From a virus (taxonomy: Duplodnaviria > Caudoviricetes), in the IMG/VR virus record IMGVR_UViG_3300050196_000278, positions 1 through 39,712 of that record: DNA of 39,712 nt; one strand, given 5' to 3'. The notes below the pieces were generated by a model. The model did not search any database. It worked only from the letters and a program-made list of their open reading frames with translations, and had not been told where the DNA came from. Shown here piece after piece: positions 25,632 to 34,592 of the stretch. Both the position numbers and the translations under genes were made by a program. Positions within the stretch are counted from its first letter, which is position 1. Each line of letters begins with the position of its first letter.

Positions 25632-26264
25632 CTAGTCTAAACCAAAATAAAGCTCATTACTTAAATCGTCCGTGTTTGCCGTTTTTAGTGCCTCAATAAG
25701 ATTCCCCTTACTTTCTTTACACAACCCATACCCATACTTATTATACCTATAAGACCGCTCAAATGTGGACACGGGGAATAAAATATCTTTCTCTAAAACT
25801 AATTTTTTTATCACTAAATGCTCAAAGAAATATTCATGGTGCAAGCACTTGTATTCTATATTTTCACTTGGCGGGTTAAATGGCAAATCAGAATCGGCGA
25901 TTGTTATGTTTTTATAGTAACAAAACTTAGTGATAGAAAAGTCAAATTTTTCTAGTATCTCGGATGGCGTTCCAAATTGACTACGAACCAACTCTATTCT
26001 AATATTCGTTTTCTTATTTTTAAACGCAATAGTATTTTTATTTTCATAAGAAAAGATATAGTCTTCGTTACCTTTAAAGTAAATACTAGCTTCCGAGAAA
26101 TCACTTTCGCTATTGAAGAAAATGTCCACATCTTTTATCCTGACGCCCTGAAAAACATTTTTAAAGCAGCCTCCTGCAATAAACCCTTTATGCCCAATCA
26201 TATATAAGTCCAAAAATCTAACTTTATACAACTCCGATGCCTCCCTATCAATAAATTTGTTCAT
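25632..26264 (-). CDS. Nucleotidyltransferase (CCA-adding/poly(A) polymerase head-like)
   Basis: FIAGGCFKN...KDVDIFF and EKFDFSITK motifs. Confidence 0.78.
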   Translation of the reverse strand: MNKFIDREASELYKVRFLDLYMIGHKGFIAGGCFKNVFQGVRIKDVDIFFNSESDFSEASIYFKGNEDYIFSYENKNTIAFKNKKTNIRIELVRSQFGTPSEILEKFDFSITKFCYYKNITIADSDLPFNPPSENIEYKCLHHEYFFEHLVIKKLVLEKDILFPVSTFERSYRYNKYGYGLCKESKGNLIEALKTANTDDLSNELYFGLD

Positions 26265-26301
26265 TATTTTTTTTCTTAAAAGTTAAAATGTAGTTAGTTG
26301 T

Positions 26302-26568
26302 TTACAGAATATTACCCGTTTTTAAAAGTGTGTTATCGGCAATAGCTTTTCTAATCCAACGCATATACGTTATAGCTTTTGATTTTGCCAATAATGTAGC
26401 AGTCCCAATATCATCAATGGGTACAGGGAAAATAAATTCAGTACCATAAGGTACATCTTGCTCAACATTTACGCCTTTTACTAAATAGGTTATTCGATAG
26501 TAAAAAACACCTTGTCTATAACTATCAAAAAATACATAATTGTCCTTGATTAAATCCTTAATATTCAT
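26302..26568 (-). CDS. Hypothetical phage protein
   Basis: 88 aa; FPVPIDDIGTATLLA...MRWIRKA; first gene after the leftward promoter. Confidence 0.75.
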   Translation of the reverse strand: MNIKDLIKDNYVFFDSYRQGVFYYRITYLVKGVNVEQDVPYGTEFIFPVPIDDIGTATLLAKSKAITYMRWIRKAIADNTLLKTGNIL

Positions 26569-26588
26569 CGTTTTTTAGTTTGATAAAG

Positions 26589-26620
26589 CAAATGTATAGC
26601 GTTACAGAATGTAATCCAAA
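26589..26620 (-). promoter_or_regulatory. Bacteroidota sigmaA-type promoter, leftward (towards the cassette array)
   Basis: TTTG (26620-26617), N20, TACATTTG (26596-26589) on - strand. Confidence 0.75.
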
Positions 26621-26663
26621 AAATAATTTAAAATTTACGTTTTATTTTTAAAATAAATTCCGT

Positions 26664-26671
26664 TACCTTTG
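26664..26671 (+). promoter_or_regulatory. -7 element of the rightward promoter (replication operon)
   Basis: TACCTTTG ending 20 nt before the ATG at 26691. Confidence 0.6.
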
Positions 26672-26690
26672 CTAAAACAATTAAAACAGT

Positions 26691-26924
26691 ATGGAAAATT
26701 TAGTAAAATGCGATTCAGAAGATATAGTAGTCGCTAAGATTTTTTTAAAGTTAGAGGAATTAGAGAGACCGTTAAGATGGTTGTCTAATAAATGTGGATT
26801 TAATTACAACTCATTTTATGCTATAATGAGGCAAAGAACCATGAGGCTTACCGATGCCTACCTTGTAAAGATTAATGAAGTATTACTCACCGATTATTGT
26901 GTAGAAAATGGCGGACAATTATAA
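26691..26924 (+). CDS. Cro/XRE-like HTH regulator
   Basis: RPLRWLSNKCGFNYNSFYAIM...LVKINEVL; located at a divergent promoter. Confidence 0.65.
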   Translation: MENLVKCDSEDIVVAKIFLKLEELERPLRWLSNKCGFNYNSFYAIMRQRTMRLTDAYLVKINEVLLTDYCVENGGQL

Positions 26925-27285
26925 CAGCCAATTAAAAGACAAAAGGTGGCAAATAAAGAAAGGTGGAATATTGTTAAGGGATAATTACACTTGCCAAAAT
27001 AGAAAATGCACAACTCCTACTAATCCGTTAGAGGTTCACCACGTTATGTATTTGGGTTATGATTTAAAGGCTTGGGATTATCCTGATGATATGTTGCTTA
27101 CACTTTGCGATACCTGCCATGCTGCTGAAAGTTGGCGACCAATATTAGAAAGGCACTTAGCCACAACCCTAAAGATGAAAGGATTTCTCATGTCCGACCT
27201 ATTAGCACTTTCATCTAAAATAGATTCGGATACCGAGTTTACAAAAACATTGCTTAACACTTTAAGAAATATGCAGAATGGCTAA
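26908..27285 (+). CDS. HNH endonuclease
   Basis: LLRDNYTCQ..C, LEVHH, LLTLCDTCH. Confidence 0.82.
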   Translation: MADNYNSQLKDKRWQIKKGGILLRDNYTCQNRKCTTPTNPLEVHHVMYLGYDLKAWDYPDDMLLTLCDTCHAAESWRPILERHLATTLKMKGFLMSDLLALSSKIDSDTEFTKTLLNTLRNMQNG

Positions 27286-27970
27286 AGATACTTTTTGGTT
27301 TCCACACGATTTTGAACCTACGTCCGACCCTAAGATACAGGCACTATTAGCAGAATATGGCGGTATTGGGTATGGTATATATTGGAGATTAGTAGAAATG
27401 ATACATAGTGATAATTCACACAAGATACCATTGAAGCAATATATATTTATAGCAATTGCTAAGCAAATGTCAGCAAATACCAAGCAAAATAAATGCAAAA
27501 TTCAGCAAATAGAAATTACGCCAGATTGCGTAAAGTGCTTAATAGAAGACTGTATTTTAATTTTTGAGTTGTTTTTTAGTGACGGGAATTTCTTTTGGTC
27601 GGACAGAGCTAATAGGAATTTAGAAAAAAGAGCGGAGATTTCAAAAACTCGTTCTGAAATTGGCAAAAAAGGAGCAATTGCTAAGCAAGAGCAAGCAATT
27701 GCTAAGCAAAACGAAGCAAAGGATAGGAGAGGAGAGGAAAATACATTAGAGAGTTCTAATACTCTACATAATCAAGTTAAAAACAATAGCGAAATTTTTG
27801 AAAAAAAAATAAACGAAAATCATGGAGACGAATTTATCAGCACAAATCCTACACAGGCAGAGTCTTATTTTGTTAAGCGAAATCGTGAACTCCGAGAAAT
27901 TAAGGCAAAAAGACTTGCGGGTATTGCACACGAGGTTGTCGAGCAAGATGGCAATATCCCAAATGGATGA
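27278..27970 (+). CDS. Replication initiator (DUF4373/Lin1244-like N-terminus)
   Basis: WFPHD...DPKIQALLAEYGGIGYGIYWRLVEMI; RSEIGKKG; internal repeats. Confidence 0.75.
   Translation: MAKDTFWFPHDFEPTSDPKIQALLAEYGGIGYGIYWRLVEMIHSDNSHKIPLKQYIFIAIAKQMSANTKQNKCKIQQIEITPDCVKCLIEDCILIFELFFSDGNFFWSDRANRNLEKRAEISKTRSEIGKKGAIAKQEQAIAKQNEAKDRRGEENTLESSNTLHNQVKNNSEIFEKKINENHGDEFISTNPTQAESYFVKRNRELREIKAKRLAGIAHEVVEQDGNIPNG
27451..27709 (+). repeat. Three identical 16-bp repeats, iteron-like
   Basis: AGCAATTGCTAAGCAA at 27451, 27673 and 27694. Confidence 0.8.
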
Positions 27971-28313
27971 TGAGGATTTGGAAATGAACTTGAATGAGTT
28001 TACCGAAAGGGTTGGATTACTAACGGGTATCGCAATGCCTTCAAGCGAAAAGTTTTTGAAACTGTTTATCGAAGAACTTACCATCTTGCTAAAATTGCCG
28101 AAATTTAATAACCTATGCGTAGAAGAACTTTTGCTTGCAGCCCGTATGAGTATCGAAGGTGGAGTTCGGTTTGTAAATGGGGACTACATGGATAGGGTTG
28201 AATTGCTTGGCTCAAGTATTAGCGTTGATTATGTAGCCCAAATCCTAAACCAATACTTAATCCTAAGAAACGGATTAGACGGAATGATAAAAAACATTGT
28301 TGACGGTCATTAG
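27822..28313 (+). CDS. Hypothetical protein between initiator and helicase
   Basis: 163 aa ORF overlapping the initiator end. Confidence 0.6.
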   Translation: METNLSAQILHRQSLILLSEIVNSEKLRQKDLRVLHTRLSSKMAISQMDDEDLEMNLNEFTERVGLLTGIAMPSSEKFLKLFIEELTILLKLPKFNNLCVEELLLAARMSIEGGVRFVNGDYMDRVELLGSSISVDYVAQILNQYLILRNGLDGMIKNIVDGH

Positions 28314-28329
28314 AAAAACAGACGATTTT

Positions 28330-30384
28330 ATGGATTTTTCAGTACTAAACGAAATTGAAGGATTACAATTTATTCCTGTAAACGATAAGAAACAACCATT
28401 GGTAAAGGGATGGCAGGATACAGTTACAAAGCATAATTTATCAAATTGCTATGGAGTTGGATTGGTTTGCGGTAAGCCATCGGGCAATGTCGAGGCATTG
28501 GATTTTGACCTGAAATATGACCTATCTGGCAATTTGTTTGAGAGATATAAGCAATTGATAAATGGTTATGAAAAAGGATTGTTGAATAAATTGGTAGTTC
28601 AGAAAACAAAAAACGGCGGCTTTCATATCATCTACCGTTGCCCAAAAATCGAAGGCAATTTGAAACTTGCAAATCGCTCAACTACCGAAGATGAAAAGAA
28701 AAAAACCTTTGACGATACGTACGTTGCCGAAAGTTTGAAAGGAAAGGATGATACCGAAGCTAAAAAGGTAGCAAAAAAAACTGCTGACAACGATAAGGTT
28801 AGAGTGTTAATCGAAACTCGTGGGCTAGGTGGTCAAATCGTTATTTCTCCTACGGATGGATACAAAATGATATTTGGAGATATTCAATCCATCACAGAAA
28901 TTTCAGAAGCCGAAAGGGATATGTTGGTTGGCGTTGCCCGTCAATTTAACGAATATCTTGAAGAAGCGATTACATACAACGCTAAGGATATTCCAAAAAC
29001 GGCAGGAATAAGCCCATTTGAGGACTTTGATAGCAGGGGTGATGTAATTGCTTTGCTTGAAAGAAATGGATGGAAAATTGTAAAGCAAAAGGGGCAAAAG
29101 ACTTTATTGCTACGACCAGGGCAAAGCACAGCCGAAAGTAGCGGTAATTATGACCATGCAAGAAAGTGGTTTAGCGTTTTTACTACAAGTACGGAATTTG
29201 AGCCACAAAGGGCTTATCGACCATATGCTGTTTTTGCCATTTTAGAGTGTAATAAAAACTTTTCAGAAGCATCAAAAAAACTACTTGATTTAGGGTATGG
29301 TGAAAGACAAGAAACCAAGAAAGAAGAAAAGCCAAAAGCACCAAGTACAAGAGTAATTCAATCGAGAATTAATCCTGATGATAACGATTTGTCTTTTTTA
29401 GCTGATGGGAATGATTACGGGGCGTACTTACAGAGCGTTAGGGATGGTACGCTTGAAATGGGCAAGACAACAGGATTTCCAAGTTTAGACGAACATTTTT
29501 TGCACAAGCAAGGGAACTTGGTAATGACAAACGGTGTAGACAATAGCGGAAAAAGCGTTGTAACTTGGTATTTGTATTTGCTTGCTGCTATGTATCATGG
29601 ATGGAAAGGTATTATCTTTTCAAGTGAAAATACTCTTGGTGCTTTCATGCGAAAAATGATACAATTTTATTGGGGGAAACCGCTTTACGGGCAGTATAAA
29701 ATGAATGATTTGGAATATAAAATTGCCAAAGATTTCATTGAAAGCCACTTCAAACTTATACGCTCACAAGAGGACTTGTATAATTACAAGGACATTATGA
29801 ATATGGTAAAAAAAACAAGAAATAAGTTTGGAGATTTTAATTTTGGAATGATTGACCCTTACAATTCCTTAAAGATGGATTTAAGTGGATTTAGTAAGTT
29901 AAGCGGACACGATTACCATTATGAAGCCCTAAGTGAAATAAAAGCTTACGGGCAGAAAAACGATTTTAGTTGGATAGTAAATAACCATGCGGTAACAAGT
30001 GCTTTACGGGCAAAAGATGGAGAAAAGAAATATCCACTTGCTCCAAAAAAAGAAGATACAGAGGGTGGCGGAAAGTTCCCAAATAAAGCCGATGATTTTT
30101 TAACTGTTCACCGTATTACAGGACACCCTACTGATTGGATGGTTACAGAAATTCATGTCCGAAAAATAAAGGATACGGAAACAGGTGGACGACCAACCCC
30201 GTTTGATGTTCCAGTAAAGTTAGAAATGTATAAAGGGCAATGCGGATTTATCGAAAGACTTGAAGAAGGGGGATACCCCGTTGACCCTGTGGTAAAATGG
30301 CACTTACAAAACGAACCTCAACAACAAGTAATAACTAACTTAATAAATGGTAGTTGGGATGATGGATTAGAAAAAGGATTTTAA
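28330..30384 (+). CDS. Prim-Pol primase fused to SF4 (DnaB-like) helicase
   Basis: KQPLVKGWQ, ALDFD, TKNGGFHIIYR, IETRGLGGQIVISP; Walker A GVDNSGKS, MIDPYN, VRKIKD. Confidence 0.87.
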   Translation: MDFSVLNEIEGLQFIPVNDKKQPLVKGWQDTVTKHNLSNCYGVGLVCGKPSGNVEALDFDLKYDLSGNLFERYKQLINGYEKGLLNKLVVQKTKNGGFHIIYRCPKIEGNLKLANRSTTEDEKKKTFDDTYVAESLKGKDDTEAKKVAKKTADNDKVRVLIETRGLGGQIVISPTDGYKMIFGDIQSITEISEAERDMLVGVARQFNEYLEEAITYNAKDIPKTAGISPFEDFDSRGDVIALLERNGWKIVKQKGQKTLLLRPGQSTAESSGNYDHARKWFSVFTTSTEFEPQRAYRPYAVFAILECNKNFSEASKKLLDLGYGERQETKKEEKPKAPSTRVIQSRINPDDNDLSFLADGNDYGAYLQSVRDGTLEMGKTTGFPSLDEHFLHKQGNLVMTNGVDNSGKSVVTWYLYLLAAMYHGWKGIIFSSENTLGAFMRKMIQFYWGKPLYGQYKMNDLEYKIAKDFIESHFKLIRSQEDLYNYKDIMNMVKKTRNKFGDFNFGMIDPYNSLKMDLSGFSKLSGHDYHYEALSEIKAYGQKNDFSWIVNNHAVTSALRAKDGEKKYPLAPKKEDTEGGGKFPNKADDFLTVHRITGHPTDWMVTEIHVRKIKDTETGGRPTPFDVPVKLEMYKGQCGFIERLEEGGYPVDPVVKWHLQNEPQQQVITNLINGSWDDGLEKGF

Positions 30385-30411
30385 TTAACAAACAATAAAA
30401 CAAAAACAACA

Positions 30412-30636
30412 ATGGCAAAGCCTGATTACAAAAAACTATGGGAGCAACAAAAGGAACAAAATATTTTGCTGCGTACCGAAAATGAAAAACTGTATGCACT
30501 AAATGGGCATCTTTCAAATAAAATTGATGATGATGTTTCATGGGAACAACTCTACAACAAACAACAAGGACAAGCAACTGGTATTATGAGTTGCTTTAAA
30601 GAATTATTAAAATCAAAAATAAACAACAATGATTAA
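30412..30636 (+). CDS. Small coiled-coil hypothetical protein
   Basis: 74 aa with A-rich leader. Confidence 0.6.
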   Translation: MAKPDYKKLWEQQKEQNILLRTENEKLYALNGHLSNKIDDDVSWEQLYNKQQGQATGIMSCFKELLKSKINNND

Positions 30637-31051
30637 GCTACAAATTATCGGACATTTAGGAAAGGATTGCGTTGTGAGTAGTGTGAACGGCAAAACGGTG
30701 ATTAATTTCTCAATTTGCCACACTGAAAAGTACAGGGATGCACAAGGGGCACAGAAAGACAAATCAACATGGTGCGATGCGTCATTTTGGACAGAAAAGA
30801 CAGCTATTGCTCCATATCTTAAAAAAGGTGGGCTAGTGTACGTTGAAGGAACGCCTGATGTAAAAACCTACACCACACAAAATGGAACTACTAACGCCAA
30901 CTTAACGCTTCGTGTTATCTCTGTACAGTTACTTGGCGGCAATCAAACTAACCAACAATCCCAACCAACAAGTGAACAAAACTTTCAAAGCACAGTAGGT
31001 GATAAGCCAACGCAGTTTGTTCCTGACCCCATTGATGATTTGCCTTTTTAG
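30629..31051 (+). CDS. ssb: Single-stranded DNA-binding protein
   Basis: IIGHLGKD, YLKKGGLVYVEG, C-terminal DDLPF. Confidence 0.95.
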   Translation: MIKLQIIGHLGKDCVVSSVNGKTVINFSICHTEKYRDAQGAQKDKSTWCDASFWTEKTAIAPYLKKGGLVYVEGTPDVKTYTTQNGTTNANLTLRVISVQLLGGNQTNQQSQPTSEQNFQSTVGDKPTQFVPDPIDDLPF

Positions 31052-31062
31052 CCTTACCTTAA

Positions 31063-31107
31063 AATAGCCTTAAACTTTATGTAGTGTATTGTTTAAGGTT
31101 GTTTTTT
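31063..31107 (+). terminator. Terminator-like hairpin after ssb
   Basis: AATAGCCTTAAAC / GTTTAAGGTTGTT then T-run. Confidence 0.55.
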
Positions 31108-31139
31108 GAATTAATTTTGAATAAATATAAATCTTATTT

Positions 31140-31427
31140 ATGGCTTACATTTCAGTTGATGTTGATATTGATTTAAATAAAATTGATACCGATGATTTAG
31201 TTGGGGAAGTTTGTAGGAGAATGAAAAATAGTATTAGTAGAAAAGGTTTAACTGACAAAGAAAAAGCAATAGTAAAAGAAACTTTTTCCGAATTAGAGGA
31301 ATCTTTGTCCTTAACACCTACCGAGTATATTGAGGTGAAAACGTTAGATGATAAAATAAAGTATGAGCATTTAGTGAAAGTGTTTTCAAAATACACACCA
31401 TCTGAAATAGAAAACAAGCTGCCATGA
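31140..31427 (+). CDS. Hypothetical protein
   Basis: 95 aa. Confidence 0.65.
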   Translation: MAYISVDVDIDLNKIDTDDLVGEVCRRMKNSISRKGLTDKEKAIVKETFSELEESLSLTPTEYIEVKTLDDKIKYEHLVKVFSKYTPSEIENKLP

Positions 31428-31615
31428 AATACACTCCACCACAAACATTCATTCACGATGGGAAGAGTTACCAATTTAAAGAAGTAAAAAATACCAATTC
31501 AAAAGGAGAAAAACTACCAGAGCCTTCTTATTGGTACACTATTTTAAATGGTAGAGACAAAGGAAAAGATGTTCCTTTAGTAGAAAAACAAATTGAATGG
31601 ATGAAAAATAATTAG
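31424..31615 (+). CDS. Hypothetical protein
   Basis: 63 aa; ATGA overlap. Confidence 0.6.
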   Translation: MKYTPPQTFIHDGKSYQFKEVKNTNSKGEKLPEPSYWYTILNGRDKGKDVPLVEKQIEWMKNN

Positions 31616-31617
31616 TC

Positions 31618-32034
31618 ATGCCAATAAAAGATAAATCAAAATACCCTGCAAATTGGATTAGCGAAATACGTCCTGCAATACTTGAAAGGGCTGGTAATTG
31701 CTGTGAAATATGTAATGTGCCAAATAAAGAACTTATTTGCAGAGGTAGTATAAGCGGTATAGAGGTTTGGCAAAATGACAACGGGGAATGCTTCAACCTA
31801 ACTGATGGTCAATATTTAACTTCTACATATTGGGGTGATATTTCAAAAAAGCAAGCTAAACTAGTACGAATAATTTTGACCGTTGCACATCTTGACCACG
31901 ATACTAACAACAACGATTATTCAAACTTAAAAGCATTGTGCCAATTACACCACCTTCGACATGATGTTGAGTTCCATAAGAAAAATTCGACTGAAACTAG
32001 AATTAAAAAGAAACAACTTCAAACATTATTCTAA
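31618..32034 (+). CDS. HNH-family protein
   Basis: YPANW..IRPAILERAGNCCEIC, LTVAHLDH...NLKALCQLHHLRHD. Confidence 0.82.
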   Translation: MPIKDKSKYPANWISEIRPAILERAGNCCEICNVPNKELICRGSISGIEVWQNDNGECFNLTDGQYLTSTYWGDISKKQAKLVRIILTVAHLDHDTNNNDYSNLKALCQLHHLRHDVEFHKKNSTETRIKKKQLQTLF

Positions 32035-32346
32035 ATGCCTAAACTAACCACATCCGAAAGGTTTACAAAGTTCCATGAAAAGAACCCACACGTTTTTGTT
32101 TTATTTGAAACTTATGCTTTGCAGTTAATTCATGCAGGGAAAAAGAAGTTCGGAAGCAAGATGATATATGAGAGAATAAGATGGGATAGCGAGATAAAAA
32201 CAACTGGCAGCAAATTTCACGATGAAAAAGGAGAGGAAGTAAGAGTAAAACTATCCAATGATTTTACGCCTTATTATTCTCGAATGTTTGCAGAAAAGTA
32301 TCCTAATTACGCTAGTTGCTTTGCTTTTAAACCTATAAAAAGCTAG
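32035..32346 (+). CDS. Hypothetical phage protein
   Basis: FHEKNPHVF...IYERIRW...KLSNDFTPYYSR. Confidence 0.7.
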   Translation: MPKLTTSERFTKFHEKNPHVFVLFETYALQLIHAGKKKFGSKMIYERIRWDSEIKTTGSKFHDEKGEEVRVKLSNDFTPYYSRMFAEKYPNYASCFAFKPIKS

Positions 32347-32351
32347 ATTAA

Positions 32352-32765
32352 ATGGCAAAAAGAGTTCTCACTCCCGAAGAAACATTGTTTATAAAGGAAC
32401 ACCCAAACTATACCATAAGGCAACTTGCTTTCTGTTTCGACATGTCCTCATCTTGGTGTTGGAGAGAAAAAAACAGCGTATTTGGCAGAAAATATAAAAA
32501 AATGGGGCGATCTTATACCGCTAAAACAAGGGGGGAAGCTAAATTATTTGTTGACAACGGGCTAGTGTCTACTTTTAATTATAAAAGCATCCCGTTTTTA
32601 TCAAAGCAATTATCATTTTTAACCAGGCAAGTTTCCAATATAGCTAAAAAGAAAAGCGGGCTTACTTATTTCATAGTTTCCCCAAATACGGATAACGCAA
32701 CCCCGCTTACCGACAAAGAAATAGATTTTTATAAATTTAAAAACAAAACAAAATGCACGCAATAG
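32352..32765 (+). CDS. Hypothetical protein, possible N-terminal HTH
   Basis: 137 aa; YTIRQLAFCF. Confidence 0.55.
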   Translation: MAKRVLTPEETLFIKEHPNYTIRQLAFCFDMSSSWCWREKNSVFGRKYKKMGRSYTAKTRGEAKLFVDNGLVSTFNYKSIPFLSKQLSFLTRQVSNIAKKKSGLTYFIVSPNTDNATPLTDKEIDFYKFKNKTKCTQ

Positions 32766-33040
32766 TTTCTTTTGTCACTTTCTCGTTTTTGATAATATAC
32801 ATTATAGGGGCAATTAAGGCTTATGTAGCGATAACCGACTATAACCATACGCAAGCTCTATTATCGCCTAAAAAAAGGAACGTGGTTAATGTTTTTTGGT
32901 ACTTATCGTCTTGGCTTTACTTCGTTGCTCCGTTACATGAAGATGATTCTGACAATTCAGAAGAAAAAGACAATAATGATACACCTAATTGCAGCAAGCA
33001 CTTTGACCATTATTTATTCAATCCAACAAGCAAAAATTAA
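32753..33040 (+). CDS. Small membrane protein
   Basis: Two hydrophobic stretches and an acidic tail. Confidence 0.55.
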   Translation: MHAIVSFVTFSFLIIYIIGAIKAYVAITDYNHTQALLSPKKRNVVNVFWYLSSWLYFVAPLHEDDSDNSEEKDNNDTPNCSKHFDHYLFNPTSKN

Positions 33041-33044
33041 GTTT

Positions 33045-33221
33045 ATGAATATTCAACACACCTCCAATAACGTTCCTTACGAAACAAATTGGACAGCCAA
33101 ACTGGCTTGTTTGCTTCCAATTAAAAATACACATACACTAGACCAGGTGCAACAGGCAAAATACGAACTTGATGCAAAGTACCTTGATTATGATGTAGAA
33201 ATTAACTGGCAGAACGCCTAA
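33045..33221 (+). CDS. Hypothetical protein
   Basis: ATG 33045 (MNIQHT) preferred over the longer overlapping frame. Confidence 0.5.
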   Translation: MNIQHTSNNVPYETNWTAKLACLLPIKNTHTLDQVQQAKYELDAKYLDYDVEINWQNA

Positions 33222-33250
33222 ACTCGGTTTTACGGATTATTAATAGGATT

Positions 33251-33288
33251 ACCCGTTGCCTTTCTAGGTTTACGGGTTTTTATTTTTT
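33251..33288 (+). terminator. Terminator at the convergence point
   Basis: ACCCGT...ACGGGT followed by TTTTATTTTT; second hairpin AGCGAAC/GTTCGCT at about 33299-33325. Confidence 0.55.
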
Positions 33289-33354
33289 GCAATAAAAAAG
33301 CGAACATCAACAAAGACGTTCGCTACAATAAGCCCCGCAGGGTTGAACTAAAAA

Positions 33355-33591
33355 TCACAAACCAAACCTATCATAAACATCTTCATAAAGAGATTTCTTA
33401 GAATAGTCGTGTTGTATTCTAACGGGCTTAGGTTTAGTTAATGATTTTCGCTTTCGTTTTTCATTGCCAAATACTTCTTTATACCATCTGTTAGCGGTAT
33501 ATTCCGAACAATTAAGAAGGATTGATAAATCCAAAAAGCTTAATGTTTTATTTTCTTCAATTATTTTCCTTTGCTCTATTGATAGTTTCAT
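33355..33591 (-). CDS. Hypothetical protein, possible HTH
   Basis: 78 aa; LSFLDLSILLNCSEYTANRWY. Confidence 0.6.
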   Translation of the reverse strand: MKLSIEQRKIIEENKTLSFLDLSILLNCSEYTANRWYKEVFGNEKRKRKSLTKPKPVRIQHDYSKKSLYEDVYDRFGL

Positions 33592-33596
33592 AAATG

Positions 33597-33689
33597 TTAT
33601 TCTTTTCCATTAAAAAATATGCTTACCAAATTACCAGAAACAATCCATCCTAAAGTCCAGGCTATTGCTATGAATATTACTTATTTCAT
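33597..33689 (-). pseudogene. Small membrane peptide gene with stop at codon 3
   Basis: ATG AAA TAA then VIFIAIAWTLGWIVSGNLVSIFFNGKE*; start coupled by ATGA overlap. Confidence 0.4.
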
Positions 33690-33895
33690 GGTTGGTTATA
33701 TTTATCATCAAAGTATTTAGTACCTCCAGTCCAAAACTCTTGCTTTGCTTCTTTCATTTGTCCTGCTTCAAACGCATCTGCTATTGCTTGCTTTTCTTTG
33801 CCTTTTGCTTCGGAAATAATATCCCTACCTATCATATCCTTTCCTAACTCTGGTATATGGCTTAGTAAAAAGTCGATTGGTGTTTGCTGTTTCAT
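33686..33895 (-). CDS. Hypothetical phage protein
   Basis: MKQQTPIDFL...AKGKEKQAIADAFEAG. Confidence 0.7.
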   Translation of the reverse strand: MKQQTPIDFLLSHIPELGKDMIGRDIISEAKGKEKQAIADAFEAGQMKEAKQEFWTGGTKYFDDKYNQP

Positions 33896-33927
33896 TTTTA
33901 TACTTGTTTAATTTGCTCTAAAATTTA

Positions 33928-34086
33928 TTAGTAATTTCTAACACCGCAATCCAAGCATTCATCAAGCCCATCTTGCCTATCAATATTTTTATGTGGGCAA
34001 ACCTTTTGTTTGTCGGATATTTCACAAATAAGCTTCTCCCTTTCACCAAGGCTTTCAAACTCTATTACTTCACTTGTTATTTTCAT
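33928..34086 (-). CDS. Small Cys-containing protein (52 aa, not in ORF track)
   Basis: Manual translation MKITSEVIEF...VCPHKNIDRQDGLDECLDCGVRNY. Confidence 0.6.
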   Translation of the reverse strand: MKITSEVIEFESLGEREKLICEISDKQKVCPHKNIDRQDGLDECLDCGVRNY

Positions 34087-34277
34087 GGTTGGTTATTGTT
34101 TAGGTTTCTTAAATTAGCGATAGCTTTTTGCGTAAGTTGTTTCTGACCTTCGTAAAGATGTTCTAATGACGTTACGTAGTCTTGAATTATCTTTGGGCAA
34201 GTTTTTAAAACTTTCTTTACCTCGATAACGTCTATAGATTTTACTGTCAGCCCTTTAGGAGAAAACTCTCTTTCCAT
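34083..34277 (-). CDS. Hypothetical protein
   Basis: 64 aa; flanked by 23-bp direct repeats. Confidence 0.65.
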   Translation of the reverse strand: MEREFSPKGLTVKSIDVIEVKKVLKTCPKIIQDYVTSLEHLYEGQKQLTQKAIANLRNLNNNQP

Positions 34278-34283
34278 GATTGG

Positions 34284-34589
34284 TTATTGTTTAGGTTCAA
34301 TAAGGTCTTTTAATGCTTTTTTATAGCCGAGTTTAAATGATGTGGGAGAATTACATCTCCCCGTTTCGTTTACTTCAACCCATACTTTATAACTACCTTT
34401 TTCTATTGCTTCATCTGAAAGGTCGATTATATTGCTTTTTTCAATTTCCGCAATAACATCTAAACAAGCATCAGCAGCAATAGCATCTTCACTTAATGGT
34501 CTGTGAATATTGTTTTGCAGTTTTTCGGAAGCAGATTTTTTGATAGCATCTAAATCACTTTTTTTGATTAGGTAATACTCTTGGCTCAT
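34284..34589 (-). CDS. Hypothetical protein
   Basis: 101 aa. Confidence 0.65.
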   Translation of the reverse strand: MSQEYYLIKKSDLDAIKKSASEKLQNNIHRPLSEDAIAADACLDVIAEIEKSNIIDLSDEAIEKGSYKVWVEVNETGRCNSPTSFKLGYKKALKDLIEPKQ

Positions 34590-34592
34590 TGG

